DNA of 64,000 nt. Source: Roseibacillus sp. (GTDB lineage Bacteria > Verrucomicrobiota > Verrucomicrobiia > Verrucomicrobiales > Akkermansiaceae). The DNA is taken from assembly GCA_051251855.1 (NCBI GenBank), contig JBPOGI010000005.1, positions 160,001 through 224,000 on the forward strand. The letters run 5' to 3'. The position numbers and the translations under genes were made by a program. Positions 18,873 to 28,857 of this stretch are shown in pieces (position 1 is the first letter of the stretch; each line of letters opens with the position of its first letter). Below the pieces are notes generated by a model. The model was given only the letters and a program-made list of their open reading frames with translations. It had not been told where the DNA came from and made no database searches.

Positions 18873-19481
18873 ATGAAATGGATACCTTTAGCAATGGCTT
18901 TTGCAACTTCGACATCTTTATTGGCAGACTCAGAAGCAAGTGAATTGGCGAGTGTGAGTTCGCCTGAGTTTGTGTTGCAGTTTGAAGACTCGGAAACGGA
19001 ACCGGAATGGCGTTCCGTCAATGACGGGGTGATGGGTGGGCTTTCGCAAGGGGCCGCAGAAATGAAGGATGGAGTGATGGTTTTTTCTGGGACTCTTTCC
19101 CTGGAAAATAATGGCGGATTTTCGTCGGTGAGAACCAAGAGTGGTCTCTATGATTTTACGGGTGCGGAGGGAATTGCGCTGCGAGTGAAGGGGGATGGCC
19201 GAACCTATCAATTGAGGCTTTCGACGGATGCGAGGCATCGAGGCTCCTTGGTTTCCTATCAACGAAAGTTTGAGACGAAGGCGGGAGAGTGGATTGAAGT
19301 GAGGGTGCCCTTTGAGGAGATGAAGCCTGGTTGGCGTGGTCAGATGCTGAGCGGTCATGTGCTTGATTTCTCTCAAGTGAGCCAATTGGGTATTCTGATA
19401 GGCGATAAGAAGGAGGGGGACTTTCAGATCGAGTTGGATTGGATGAGAACCTATCGCCCGGAATTGGGGGCGGCTTCCTAG
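18873..19481 (+). CDS. CIA30-family protein
   Basis: WRSVNDGVMGGLS, LENNGGFSS, VKGDGRTY. Confidence 0.92.
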   Translation: MKWIPLAMAFATSTSLLADSEASELASVSSPEFVLQFEDSETEPEWRSVNDGVMGGLSQGAAEMKDGVMVFSGTLSLENNGGFSSVRTKSGLYDFTGAEGIALRVKGDGRTYQLRLSTDARHRGSLVSYQRKFETKAGEWIEVRVPFEEMKPGWRGQMLSGHVLDFSQVSQLGILIGDKKEGDFQIELDWMRTYRPELGAAS

Positions 19482-19570
19482 GCCTGCGGCGATTCGAATA
19501 GACCCTCGCAGTAATCTCTGGAAAAAGGGCTGGACCTCAGGGCGCTGGGCAGGCAGTTAAGGGGCCGATT

Positions 19571-19993
19571 ATGGATTTTCAAATTGCCACTCTCTGTGAC
19601 TACGCTGCCGACCACCAAGGAAAAATGACCGTGGTTGCTCCCTTTGACGCTCTCGCTGCTCGTGAGCTTCCTGTTCGTCATCCTTCCTGCGCGCTTGCGA
19701 TGCGAGTTTGTATGACCCCCGAAGACAATGGCGAGCACACCATGCTCATTAGCCTGATTGACGAGGACGGTGCCGCAGTGAACCCACAAATGCCCATCAA
19801 GGCGGATCTTCCCGTGAAGATGCCTGATGATGTTGCTTTCGTAACTCGTAACCTGATCGTAAATTTTCAAGGCCTCGAGTTTAAGAAGACTGGAGTTTAC
19901 TCGGTAGATATCACTCTTGATAATGAACTCGCGGTGCGCATTCCTCTCCGCGTGGTGCAAGTTGACGAAAAAGGTCAGCAGCAGCCTGCATAG
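19571..19993 (+). CDS. Conserved hypothetical protein (DUF6941-like)
   Basis: LCDYAAD.GK N-terminus; GLEF...GVYS C-terminus. Confidence 0.7.
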   Translation: MDFQIATLCDYAADHQGKMTVVAPFDALAARELPVRHPSCALAMRVCMTPEDNGEHTMLISLIDEDGAAVNPQMPIKADLPVKMPDDVAFVTRNLIVNFQGLEFKKTGVYSVDITLDNELAVRIPLRVVQVDEKGQQQPA

Positions 19994-19996
19994 TTC

Positions 19997-20497
19997 TTGT
20001 CCTCACATTTTATGAAAAGCGACGTTGGGTTTATCTTCCTGACGTCGCTTTTTCTTTGGATATTAAGCGGATGTAGTCAGCCATCCTCGAAGTTTACCAA
20101 TCAGGAGGAGACCTCCTTTGAGGCCTTGCCATCTGTTCCGGCGGGGAAAGCGCGCTTGGTCCTCATTTTTGACCAGTCTCCTAAGACTTGGCGTATTTTT
20201 CCGATGGTCTTCTCGGTGGACCATAAGTTGGCACTTGAGATTCGAAGCATTCGCCGCTTTGCAGTGATTGATGTCGAACCTGGAGTTCGGACGATGCATT
20301 TTGGTTGGGGGCCTTATACCGAGCTTCTTAAGCCTCTCGTTTTTGACTTTCGACCCCAAGCGACTGGATACTTTCTGGTGAGTTCGGTTCGAGGCTTGTC
20401 AGAACCTCATGTCATGGGAGGGAGGAGCACGGAGATTGAGGTCACTGAGATCAGCGCCACCGAGGCCGCTCGTTTGATTGGGAATGATTCTCGGTAG
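19997..20497 (+). CDS. Hypothetical lipoprotein (DUF2846-like)
   Basis: Lipobox LSGC; start could be the ATG at 20012. Confidence 0.6.
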   Translation: MSSHFMKSDVGFIFLTSLFLWILSGCSQPSSKFTNQEETSFEALPSVPAGKARLVLIFDQSPKTWRIFPMVFSVDHKLALEIRSIRRFAVIDVEPGVRTMHFGWGPYTELLKPLVFDFRPQATGYFLVSSVRGLSEPHVMGGRSTEIEVTEISATEAARLIGNDSR

Positions 20498-20544
20498 TCA
20501 GCATGGGAGCTTGAAACTTTGAATCCCGCAGCCACCTTTCTCGC

Positions 20545-21357
20545 ATGAGCACGTCATACGAAACAGCCCTCGTCACTGGTGCCTCCGCCGGTCTAGGGGA
20601 GGAGTTTGCCACCCAGCTTGCATCTCGGCTTTCTCGGCTGATTCTGGTTGCTCGTCGCGAAGAACGATTGGAAGAAGTTGCGACGAACCTGCGAGCAAAG
20701 TTCGACGTCGAAGTTCTCGTTTTGACGGCCGATGTTGGTGAGTCCAGTGAGCGGGAGCGGCTTCATCATGAAGTGACCAAAAAGGGTTGGGAGGTGGATG
20801 TGCTCGTAAATAATGCAGGTCTGGGAGATTACGGCGAATTTCAAACCTCTGACTGGCCCCGCAACGAGGCCATGCTGCGGGTGAACTGCGAAGCTCTCAC
20901 TCACCTGTGCCATCTTTTCTTGCCTTCCATGATTGCGCGTGAAGGAGGCGCCTTCGTCAATGTGAGTTCGCTGGCGAGCACTCTACCGATTCCTGATTTT
21001 GCTGTCTACGCGGCGACAAAGGCATATGTGAGCAGCTTTTCGGAGGCACTTCGGATGGAGGTGCGCGACTTGGGGGTGGAGGTCCTCGCGGTTTGTCCTG
21101 GTCCGGTGCAAACGGAGTTCGGAGGCATCGCCGCGCGAGAGGAGGGTGGCCCAGGAATGCCCGGTGGTCGCAAAAATTTCTACGTTTCCAAGCAACAGGT
21201 GGTTGCGGAATCATTGGCCGCTCTCGAGGCTGGTCGGGCAACTGTTTATCCGGGTTGGAAAGTTGCGCTCGCCGCCGCCGGTATTTCTTTACTGCCGATG
21301 GTTGCGATTCGCCTCATGATGAGTTCTCGCCCCCGTCGTCAAAAGCTTCTTGAGTAA
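20545..21357 (+). CDS. SDR-family oxidoreductase
   Basis: TGASAGLG, NNAG, YAATK. Confidence 0.93.
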   Translation: MSTSYETALVTGASAGLGEEFATQLASRLSRLILVARREERLEEVATNLRAKFDVEVLVLTADVGESSERERLHHEVTKKGWEVDVLVNNAGLGDYGEFQTSDWPRNEAMLRVNCEALTHLCHLFLPSMIAREGGAFVNVSSLASTLPIPDFAVYAATKAYVSSFSEALRMEVRDLGVEVLAVCPGPVQTEFGGIAAREEGGPGMPGGRKNFYVSKQQVVAESLAALEAGRATVYPGWKVALAAAGISLLPMVAIRLMMSSRPRRQKLLE

Positions 21358-22738
21358 AATAATGAAATCGTCCCCCAATAAAAATACGATTTGGAAAATC
21401 CTCTGCACGGTTCTCGCGGTGCTGGTGGTAGTTCTTGGTCTGCGTAAGCCTCAGACAGAAACGGTGGAAAAAATCGTGGAAGTTCCTGTTGAGAAAGAAG
21501 TGATCAAGGTGGTGGAAAAAATTGTGGAGGTGGAGAAGCCGCCTGCACCGACCCCCAACCTTGGAGTCTCGAGTGATGCCGACTTGAGGGAAACCTCGAA
21601 GGGTTTTTCGTTTCGTTCTCGGCTAGAGTTGGAGAACGGCGGATTGGCGACCACGGAGAGAAAAGAGAAATCGGCCTATAAGGCAGAGCACGTTCTCACG
21701 GTCCGTGTTCCTCGTGCGGCAACCACTCTTGAAGAGTTGCAAGTGGGCAGTCCAGCCTTGGGCTCTCTCTTACCTGGTCTCGCTCCACTCGTTGAGGATG
21801 CGACCATTTCTAATTTTTTCGAGAAGCTCTACAGCAACAAAACGAGCCGCCTCAAAGACGACTCCGCAAAGTTGGGAAGCTTGCTGACCTCCCATAATTT
21901 TTTCGACTGTCAGACGATGCTAAATTTGACGGCCGATAACGGTCGCAAGGTCTTTTTATTGCAGGGAGACATGGATGTGGTGAGTGACGGTTCCGATGGA
22001 GATCGCTTACCTGAGATGCCTGATGATATCGTAAATTCGACCTACTATCAGCCGACTACGAGTTACGGGTGGGCCAAGGTTGGCAATGTTCCTAATCCCC
22101 TCATCAAAGGCTATGAGCGTCGTCTGGCTGTCGCGAAAAGAGAGCTGGGTGACTCAAGTGTGGATAAGGACCGAAAGGATTGGGTTCGCTCGCGGATCAA
22201 GAGTGTGATTCTGCCACGTATTGAGGAAATGAAACGCCGCAGTTTCCTCATTGCTGACTACGATCCTTTCATCGTGATTCCGATGAACATCATTCTTGAT
22301 AAATTGAATCTCAGCGGGCCGAGGGTAGGGGACAAGTGGGGGCCGAAGGTGGGTGACTACGCGGTTGTTCTCCATGAAGGAATTCTCTATCCTGCGATCG
22401 TGGGGGATGCTGGGCCCACCTTTAAGGTTGGCGAGGCTTCGCTGAGATTGGCCCGCCAGATTGATAGCCGGTCGAGTCCTTATCGTCGTCCTGTGAACGA
22501 CCTTTCAGTTACTTACATTTGCTTCCCTGGAACAGCCGAGAAGCCTCACCGACCCCCGAATTACGACGATATTCGCGAGAGGTGTCAGAGCCTGTTAGGT
22601 GAGATCGGTGGCGTGAAGGAGGGGGTAGAACTCTTCCGTTGGGAGAATACTCTTCCTGTAAGCGAAGAATCTGAGGAGTCCGCTCCTGAACAAGATGGTG
22701 AATCTTCCGAAGAAGATTCCGATCAAGACCCTAATTAG
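21350..22738 (+). CDS. Membrane-anchored GH75 (chitosanase-like) protein
   Basis: GDMDVVSDG and AIVGDAGP..KVGEAS motifs; N-terminal TM followed by VEKIVEV repeats. Confidence 0.72.
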   Translation: MSKIMKSSPNKNTIWKILCTVLAVLVVVLGLRKPQTETVEKIVEVPVEKEVIKVVEKIVEVEKPPAPTPNLGVSSDADLRETSKGFSFRSRLELENGGLATTERKEKSAYKAEHVLTVRVPRAATTLEELQVGSPALGSLLPGLAPLVEDATISNFFEKLYSNKTSRLKDDSAKLGSLLTSHNFFDCQTMLNLTADNGRKVFLLQGDMDVVSDGSDGDRLPEMPDDIVNSTYYQPTTSYGWAKVGNVPNPLIKGYERRLAVAKRELGDSSVDKDRKDWVRSRIKSVILPRIEEMKRRSFLIADYDPFIVIPMNIILDKLNLSGPRVGDKWGPKVGDYAVVLHEGILYPAIVGDAGPTFKVGEASLRLARQIDSRSSPYRRPVNDLSVTYICFPGTAEKPHRPPNYDDIRERCQSLLGEIGGVKEGVELFRWENTLPVSEESEESAPEQDGESSEEDSDQDPN

Positions 22739-22751
22739 AAATAGACCCTCC

Positions 22752-22961
22752 GTGGAAAAACTCGAACAAGGACAAGTCTGGAAAGCAGGCGAAGATTATT
22801 ATCGTATCGTTACCTGGCAGCGGCTGGCCATCGAATACAAGCACATCACGGACTGGGAGACTCGAGAGGGCACAGTGCATAAAGTGACGAAGAAAGAGTT
22901 TTGCCGCTTGATTCGGAGTGCCGAGTTATTCGTTCCTGAGGTGCCAGAGAGTGATGAGTGA
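22752..22961 (+). CDS. Small hypothetical protein
   Basis: Likely GTG start ([11 protein letters not shown]); overlaps the next gene by 8 nt. Confidence 0.6.
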   Translation: MEKLEQGQVWKAGEDYYRIVTWQRLAIEYKHITDWETREGTVHKVTKKEFCRLIRSAELFVPEVPESDE

Positions 22962-23172
22962 GGGGAAGTCCAACGATCCTCTGCACGGTCTTACCTTAGA
23001 GACCATTTTGACCAAGCTGGTGGAAGAATATGGATGGTCTGAGCTGGGCTACCGTATTCGTATCAATTGCTTTCTCGCCGACCCGTCGATTAAATCGAGT
23101 TTGAAGTTTCTCCGCAAGACTCCGTGGGCTCGCAAGAAGGTCGAGGACCTCTATCTGGACAGTTTTTGGTAG
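22954..23172 (+). CDS. VF530/DUF2132-family DNA-binding protein
   Basis: DPLHGLTLE...YGWSEL...[21 protein letters not shown]. Confidence 0.9.
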   Translation: MSEGKSNDPLHGLTLETILTKLVEEYGWSELGYRIRINCFLADPSIKSSLKFLRKTPWARKKVEDLYLDSFW

Positions 23173-23269
23173 CGATCTGAAGTTCGTCTTCTTTTTGTTT
23201 GAACGGATTGAATAGTCGGGGGTCTTAATTAATTGGAAACGCCGTTCCAGTGTTTCGGTTACCAGTATC

Positions 23270-23476
23270 ATGACTACCATCTATAAGCTCTGTTTCGCTT
23301 TGGGCCTTCTTGCCACGGGAGGGGAAGTTGTGAACCATGGCGATGAGCATGCCGCCACTATCAAGAGGTTGGCGGCTCCGCTCTTGCTTGACCGTCGCCC
23401 CGATAAGGGGATTAGAGAGATTCCCGTCTCCGACTTTGAACAACTCCCTAACGGGATTCAGAGGGTTCAAGACTAA
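23270..23476 (+). CDS. Small hypothetical protein with signal-like N-terminus
   Basis: ATG start, hydrophobic N-terminus, 5 nt upstream of the next gene. Confidence 0.45.
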   Translation: MTTIYKLCFALGLLATGGEVVNHGDEHAATIKRLAAPLLLDRRPDKGIREIPVSDFEQLPNGIQRVQD

Positions 23477-23481
23477 CTTGC

Positions 23482-23694
23482 ATGTTTGGAATCACCGAGG
23501 CAGATATCATCGGTTGGATTCTATTCGGAGGGATAGGAATGATTGCCTGCGCTTGGGGCAAAATGAAGGGCTATTGGCAACCTTGGGTCTTGGGCTTTGC
23601 TTTGATGGTTTATCCTTATTTCGTGGGACAAGGTGTTTGGCTTTGGGTGGTTGGAGTTGTTCTCACAGCTCTGTTACCGTTTGCACGAGACTAA
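23482..23694 (+). CDS. Small conserved membrane protein
   Basis: LFGGIG...GK...ALMVYPYFV pattern; 3 hydrophobic segments. Confidence 0.75.
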   Translation: MFGITEADIIGWILFGGIGMIACAWGKMKGYWQPWVLGFALMVYPYFVGQGVWLWVVGVVLTALLPFARD

Positions 23695-23718
23695 TTTCTT
23701 AGGAGCGGGCCGCAGTTG

Positions 23719-24378
23719 TCAGCGGCGACGGCGGATGGCGAAGCCGAGGAGAGCAATTGTTGAGATGACTGCTACGCTGGGCTCTGGAATGGCCTGGATG
23801 TTGTCGATCCAGAGGGTGGCATCGATTTGGTCGCCGGTGAGATTTCCTCCACCGCCTTCGCCTGGAATGCTGGCTGCTGCGAGGATTTCAAATTCGGTGA
23901 CGTTGGAGAAGGTGTCTGCGTAGATTCCAGTTCCGGAAGAACCTGCTGCTGATACGTCTCCGGGCTCGATTGAAAAGGAGAAGGATTGCAGGTCGGAGAT
24001 GCTCGTAGAATTGGCGAGCAAGGCGCTCGAAGTAATAAACCAACCGCCGGGGCCGTCGAAGGCGAAGCGCAAGTTGAGTGAATCAGTCCCTCCATTGAGG
24101 GCGTCGAGGTTGAAGCCGGTGACGCCGGATGTGAGATAGTCGCCGGTCCATTGTGAGCTGTTGAAAGTGGCTAGACGGGAACCGCGCCCACCTCCTCCTG
24201 AGGAGGTTACTTGAAGGTAAGAACCTCCCGCAAGGCCGGTGTCTTGGACCGAGGTGCTTCCGGCGTTGTTTCCCCAAGCAGCGAGGCCTGAGTCAAAGGT
24301 GTCGATTTGATTGAGAGTGACCGCGCCGGCGTTGCTCGTGAGAATGATGGCTGCAATGGAAAGATTTTGGAGCTTCAT
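23719..24378 (-). CDS. PEP-CTERM sorting-domain protein
   Basis: Start MKLQNLSIAA (signal peptide); C-terminal IPEPS + TM + RRRR. Confidence 0.9.
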   Translation of the reverse strand: MKLQNLSIAAIILTSNAGAVTLNQIDTFDSGLAAWGNNAGSTSVQDTGLAGGSYLQVTSSGGGGRGSRLATFNSSQWTGDYLTSGVTGFNLDALNGGTDSLNLRFAFDGPGGWFITSSALLANSTSISDLQSFSFSIEPGDVSAAGSSGTGIYADTFSNVTEFEILAAASIPGEGGGGNLTGDQIDATLWIDNIQAIPEPSVAVISTIALLGFAIRRRR

Positions 24379-24433
24379 AGGGGGAAGGCTAGGTGATGCT
24401 TCAAGTGGTGTCGAGTTTGGGATTCTTATTGGG

Positions 24434-25867
24434 TTAGCGACCTGCGGCGAGGCGTTTGGCCATTTGAGGAAAGAGGATCCAGTGCGCGGGAAGGACCGAG
24501 AACCAGTAGAGTCTTCCGAGGAGGCCTTGGGGGCGAAAGGTGGCGGTTTGAGAGAGGGTTCCATCTTTCACTTGGAACTCGAGCCAAGCTTCGCCGGGGA
24601 GTTTCATTTCGGCATAGAGCATGAGGCGTCCGGCCTCTCGGTCGGCGACGAGAACGCGCCAGAAATCAAGGGCGTCGCCGGGTCGGAGCTCGGTTGGGTG
24701 GCGGCGTCCTCTGCGGAGGCCAATTCCACCCACAAGACGATCGACCCAGCCTCGGAAGCTCCAAGCCCAGTTCATGGAAGGCCAACCTTTTTCGCCTCCC
24801 AAGGCCCAGATAGCATCGAGGGTGGCTTCTTTTTCGGTAGTGAGAGGGGTCTCTTGGCTATCGTAGTAGATACCGTGCTCAGGGACTTTGATCGCCTTCA
24901 TGAAGCGGGGGTCCATTCGGTCGTCTAACAGGGCGTCGGTCCAGCTGGAGGGAACGCGGTTTTGAGCAATGCGAGAGAGGGCGCGTTCGACGGCGACTTG
25001 GTAGGTGCAGAGCTCATGTGGAATCAGTTTTCGGATCTCGTTTTCACGACAGATGGTCTCGTTCTTCATGGAGGTAACCAGCGCTTGCGCAAGGGAGAAG
25101 CGGGTGGAGGTCATGAGGTAAAGCCACCAGGAGGAGAGATTGGGACTGAAGTAGGGAACGGGGATGAAGTGTCGGGAGAGGCCGCGAACTTTGGCGTAAC
25201 CTGCCAATAGGTCGCGATAACGAAGGACTTCGGGGCCACCAATGTCGAAGACTTTGCTGCGGGTTGCAGGGGTGGAAAGGAGAGTGGTGAGATAGTGAAT
25301 GACATCGCGAATGGCAATGGGCTGGCAGCGGGTGTTGACCCAGCGAGGGCAAATCATGACGGGGAGCTTCTCCGCCAAGTCGCGCACGATCTCGAAGGAG
25401 GCAGAACCTGAACCGACGATGATGGAGGCGCGCAGGACGGTGAGGTCGGCTTTGCCTGCAGCGAGAATATCTTCGACGTTGCGGCGGGACTTGAGGTGTT
25501 TCGAGAGTTCGCTTTCGTCGTCGCCAAGGCCACCGAGATAGATGATGCGCTCGCAGTCTCCGGTTTGAAGCCAGTGAGAGAAGTTATGGGCGGTTTGTTC
25601 TTCGCGTGCAGTAAAGTCGCCGGATGAACCCATGGAGTGGATGAGGTAGTAGGCGGCATCGAGTTTGGGTGGGAGCGGGGGGAGGCTTTCGCTGTCGAGG
25701 AGGTCTCCTTCGATGACTTGGAGTCGGTCTCCGGCATCACCGAATTCTTCCGAGGGGAAACGCCGCTTGTCACGAACGAGGGCGGTGACGGTGTGTCCCG
25801 CCGCGAGGAGTTCGGGCAGGAGGCGCAGGCCAATGTAGCCGTTCGCGCCGGTGAGAAGGAGATTCAT
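24434..25867 (-). CDS. Atypical SDR with DUF2867 (YbjT-like)
   Basis: TGANGYIG, AYYLIHSM, GDALDFWRV, AEMKLPGEAWL. Confidence 0.9.
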   Translation of the reverse strand: MNLLLTGANGYIGLRLLPELLAAGHTVTALVRDKRRFPSEEFGDAGDRLQVIEGDLLDSESLPPLPPKLDAAYYLIHSMGSSGDFTAREEQTAHNFSHWLQTGDCERIIYLGGLGDDESELSKHLKSRRNVEDILAAGKADLTVLRASIIVGSGSASFEIVRDLAEKLPVMICPRWVNTRCQPIAIRDVIHYLTTLLSTPATRSKVFDIGGPEVLRYRDLLAGYAKVRGLSRHFIPVPYFSPNLSSWWLYLMTSTRFSLAQALVTSMKNETICRENEIRKLIPHELCTYQVAVERALSRIAQNRVPSSWTDALLDDRMDPRFMKAIKVPEHGIYYDSQETPLTTEKEATLDAIWALGGEKGWPSMNWAWSFRGWVDRLVGGIGLRRGRRHPTELRPGDALDFWRVLVADREAGRLMLYAEMKLPGEAWLEFQVKDGTLSQTATFRPQGLLGRLYWFSVLPAHWILFPQMAKRLAAGR

Positions 25868-25947
25868 GCGGTATCATCGTCCGTGAATCAGATTTGTCGA
25901 GGCGTCTCCGTATCGACAGCGGCTTGCTTCCGAGATAGGATGAAGCC

Positions 25948-27156
25948 TTGAGCGAACGAGGGAAAAAATTGGCCATCATTGGGGGAGGTCCAGCAGGTCT
26001 GCGCGCGGCGGAGGTTGCTTCTGCGGCGGGATTGTCGGTGACGCTCTATGAGGCGAAGCGGTCGGTGGGGCGGAAATTTTTGGTGGCGGGAAAAGGTGGT
26101 TTCAACATTACTCACGCGGAGGAACTGGAGACCTTTGTGACTCGGTATCGTGGACCGGAGCAACCGGAGGGGTTTTGGGAGCGAGTGGTAGGAAGTTTTG
26201 ATAATGAAAAAATTAGAGGCTGGGCAGCGCGTTTGGAGGTCGGCACTTTTGTGGCGAAGAGCGGGCGGGTTTATCCCAAGGCTTTGAAGGCGGCCCCTCT
26301 TTTGCGTGCTTGGATTAAGCGGTTGAAGGAGCAAGGGGTGACCTTTGCGGTGAAGCATCGTTTGGTGGGCTTGGAGCATGATGGGCGTTATCACTTGCGC
26401 TTCGAGCATGAGGATGGCGAGCAGATGGTGGAGGCTGATGCGGTGGTGCTGGCTTTGGGTGGGGGTTCGTGGCCTCAGACGGGATCGGATGGGGGCTGGG
26501 TGAATTTGTTAGCGGGTTTGGGGGTGGGGGTGAATCCTCTTACCTCGGCGAATTGTGGTTGGGAGGTTTCATGGCCTGAAGAGGTGTTGGCTTTGCATGA
26601 GGGGAGTGCGCTCAAGAATTTGGTTCTTCGGGTGGGCGAGGAAGAGGTGAAGGGGGAGTTAGTGATCACCAAGTATGGCTTGGAGGGCGGGCCCATTTAT
26701 CAGTTGGGACCAGCTTTGAAGGCGATGAAGGAGCCGTCTTTGTTGATTGATTTTAAGCCCACCTTTACGGAGGACAAGTTGGTGGCTAAGATGGAGTCGG
26801 CGCGGCGTGATTTTTTGGGCGAGGCTCGAGTGCGTTGGAAGTTGAGTGCGGAGGCATGCTCGATCTTGGATTGGCAGTATGGGCCATTCGAATCGGCAGT
26901 GGATTTGGCAAAGGTGACGAAAGGGTGTTGCCTTCCGGTGAGTCAGCCGCGGCCGATTGCAGAGGCGATTTCGTCTGCGGGCGGGGTACGATGGGATGCG
27001 CTCGATGAGAGTCTGATGGTGAGGAGTCTCCCCGGTCTCTTTGTTGCGGGAGAGATGATCGATTGGGAAGCCCCTACGGGGGGGTATTTGATGCAGGGGT
27101 GTTTCGCGACAGGGACTTTGGTGGGGGAAGCGGTGATTGGTTTTTTGGGTTCATAA
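25948..27156 (+). CDS. HI0933/BaiN-family flavoprotein
   Basis: GGGPAG, GRKFLVAGKGG, GGGSWPQTGSDG, GEMIDWEAPTGGY. Confidence 0.92.
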   Translation: MSERGKKLAIIGGGPAGLRAAEVASAAGLSVTLYEAKRSVGRKFLVAGKGGFNITHAEELETFVTRYRGPEQPEGFWERVVGSFDNEKIRGWAARLEVGTFVAKSGRVYPKALKAAPLLRAWIKRLKEQGVTFAVKHRLVGLEHDGRYHLRFEHEDGEQMVEADAVVLALGGGSWPQTGSDGGWVNLLAGLGVGVNPLTSANCGWEVSWPEEVLALHEGSALKNLVLRVGEEEVKGELVITKYGLEGGPIYQLGPALKAMKEPSLLIDFKPTFTEDKLVAKMESARRDFLGEARVRWKLSAEACSILDWQYGPFESAVDLAKVTKGCCLPVSQPRPIAEAISSAGGVRWDALDESLMVRSLPGLFVAGEMIDWEAPTGGYLMQGCFATGTLVGEAVIGFLGS

Positions 27157-27347
27157 TTCAGCTTCTTCGGGGTGTTGTTTTTCCAAGAACGAGCCTTTCG
27201 AGCTTCGAAAGGCCCTAAAAGCAGCGTGCTTCGGCAGAAATCAGCTTTCATGAGAGGAGGGTCGGCAGAAGAAATGACGGTGGTGGGGCTTTTTGCGGGA
27301 TTGGAAAGCACGCATTTTAGCGTCGGTGTCGCTGATGCCTTAGACTT

Positions 27348-28148
27348 ATGGAAATTTGGGAAGCTATCGTGGTGGGTATCGTGCAGGGGTTGGCGGAGTT
27401 TTTGCCGATCTCGTCGTCAGGGCATATCGTTCTTACGCAGTTTTTGTTAGGTGTTGAATCAGATGGAATTCTTTTCGAGGTGGTTCTTCATGTAGGGACG
27501 CTCTTGAGTGTCTTGGTTTATTTTCGCAAAAAGCTCTGGGCCCTGACTCGTTCGCTTTGGACCAAAGAGATGGAGGATGAGCGAAAGTGGATTTTCTATC
27601 TCTTTCTGGCGACACTGCCGGCAGTGATTTTGGTGCTGACTCCACTGGGAGATCTTTTTGAATCTGCTTACGAAAATCCGGTGCTGGTGAGCGGCTTGCT
27701 TTTGGTGACGGGTTCTCTTTTGTTGGCTCCCAAGGTGATTAAGGCTAAGAGTAAGGAGCTTTCTTGGAAGACAGCGCTCTTTATGGGCGTGGGTCAGGCC
27801 TTTGCGATTTTGCCGGGGATTTCGCGTAGTGGTTCGTCGATTACGGCGGGTCTCCTGAGTGGAGTGAAGCCGGAGAAGGCGGCTGAGTTTGCTTTCTTGA
27901 TGTCGATTCCAGCGATTGCGGGTGCGGTGGTGAAGGAGAAGGATTCCTTCGCCGAGCTCTCCAATGATTTGGTGTTGCCCTATACTCTGGGTGCGCTGGC
28001 GGCCTTTTTGAGTGGCCTTTTTGCTGTTTATCTCGTGCTGGCGGCTATTCGTCGCGGGAAGTTCGCTTACTTTGCTTACTACTGTTTCGCGGCGGGTATT
28101 TTGGGAATGATTTGGTTCGGGTTCGTGAACACTGGTTGGAAAGTTTGA
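27348..28148 (+). CDS. uppP: Undecaprenyl-diphosphate phosphatase (BacA)
   Basis: QGLAEFLPISSSGH, PGISRSG. Confidence 0.95.
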   Translation: MEIWEAIVVGIVQGLAEFLPISSSGHIVLTQFLLGVESDGILFEVVLHVGTLLSVLVYFRKKLWALTRSLWTKEMEDERKWIFYLFLATLPAVILVLTPLGDLFESAYENPVLVSGLLLVTGSLLLAPKVIKAKSKELSWKTALFMGVGQAFAILPGISRSGSSITAGLLSGVKPEKAAEFAFLMSIPAIAGAVVKEKDSFAELSNDLVLPYTLGALAAFLSGLFAVYLVLAAIRRGKFAYFAYYCFAAGILGMIWFGFVNTGWKV

Positions 28149-28149
28149 T

Positions 28150-28842
28150 ATGAGAAATAAGAAAAGTCTCGGTAGGATTATCATCGGGTTGCTGGTGGCA
28201 GCGGTCGTCTGGTTTTTGCAGGAGAAAGGTCTTCTTGAGAAAGACGGCGGCGGAGGTTCGGGAGCAAGGGTGCCCGTTGGTGATGTTTCAACGGAGAGTT
28301 TTTCGAAGGTTGAGACGCAGGTCGAAGATTGGACACACTTGAAAAATTGTCGCTTGGTCACGGGTCGCAATAGCGATGGCGACAGCTTCCATGTGAAGCA
28401 CGAGAAGGGGGAGACTGAGTTTCGCCTCTACTTTGTCGATACTCCCGAGAGTCAATATAAGACCTATGGCGGAGGAGAGAGCAATGGTAAGCGGATTGCT
28501 GAGCAGGGGGACTACTTTGGAGGGTTGGGTCAAGACGAGACGACCACGGTGGGGAAAGCGGGGAAGAACCTCGTGAAGAAGCTTTTGTCGAAAAACGACT
28601 TTCAGGTTTTGACCAAGTGGGAGGATGTCTATGGCCCAGACCGCAAGTATTGTCTGGTGGTGGTGCCTTGGGAGGGGAAAGAGGTTTATTTGCACGAACT
28701 TTTGGTGGGGAGCGGTCTGGCACGGATTCACACGCGTGGGGCTGATTTACCCAAAGGCCGTGGTTATCGTGACCAAAAGACCTATTTGAAGGCGATGGAG
28801 CAGGCGGCCCGAGAGAAAAAGGTTGGTGCTTGGGGTCTTTAG
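28150..28842 (+). CDS. Thermonuclease (SNase-like), membrane anchored
   Basis: DGDS, RLYFVDTPE, AREKKVGAW. Confidence 0.82.
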   Translation: MRNKKSLGRIIIGLLVAAVVWFLQEKGLLEKDGGGGSGARVPVGDVSTESFSKVETQVEDWTHLKNCRLVTGRNSDGDSFHVKHEKGETEFRLYFVDTPESQYKTYGGGESNGKRIAEQGDYFGGLGQDETTTVGKAGKNLVKKLLSKNDFQVLTKWEDVYGPDRKYCLVVVPWEGKEVYLHELLVGSGLARIHTRGADLPKGRGYRDQKTYLKAMEQAAREKKVGAWGL

Positions 28843-28857
28843 AATCTAATCAGCGCC

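Noticed and set aside
27459..28370. 303-aa minus-strand ORF
   Set aside because: Antisense shadow of uppP and the nuclease gene
28150..28842. Nuclease as a defence or toxin system
   Set aside because: Membrane-anchored SNase between uppP and hisF, with no immunity or defence partners
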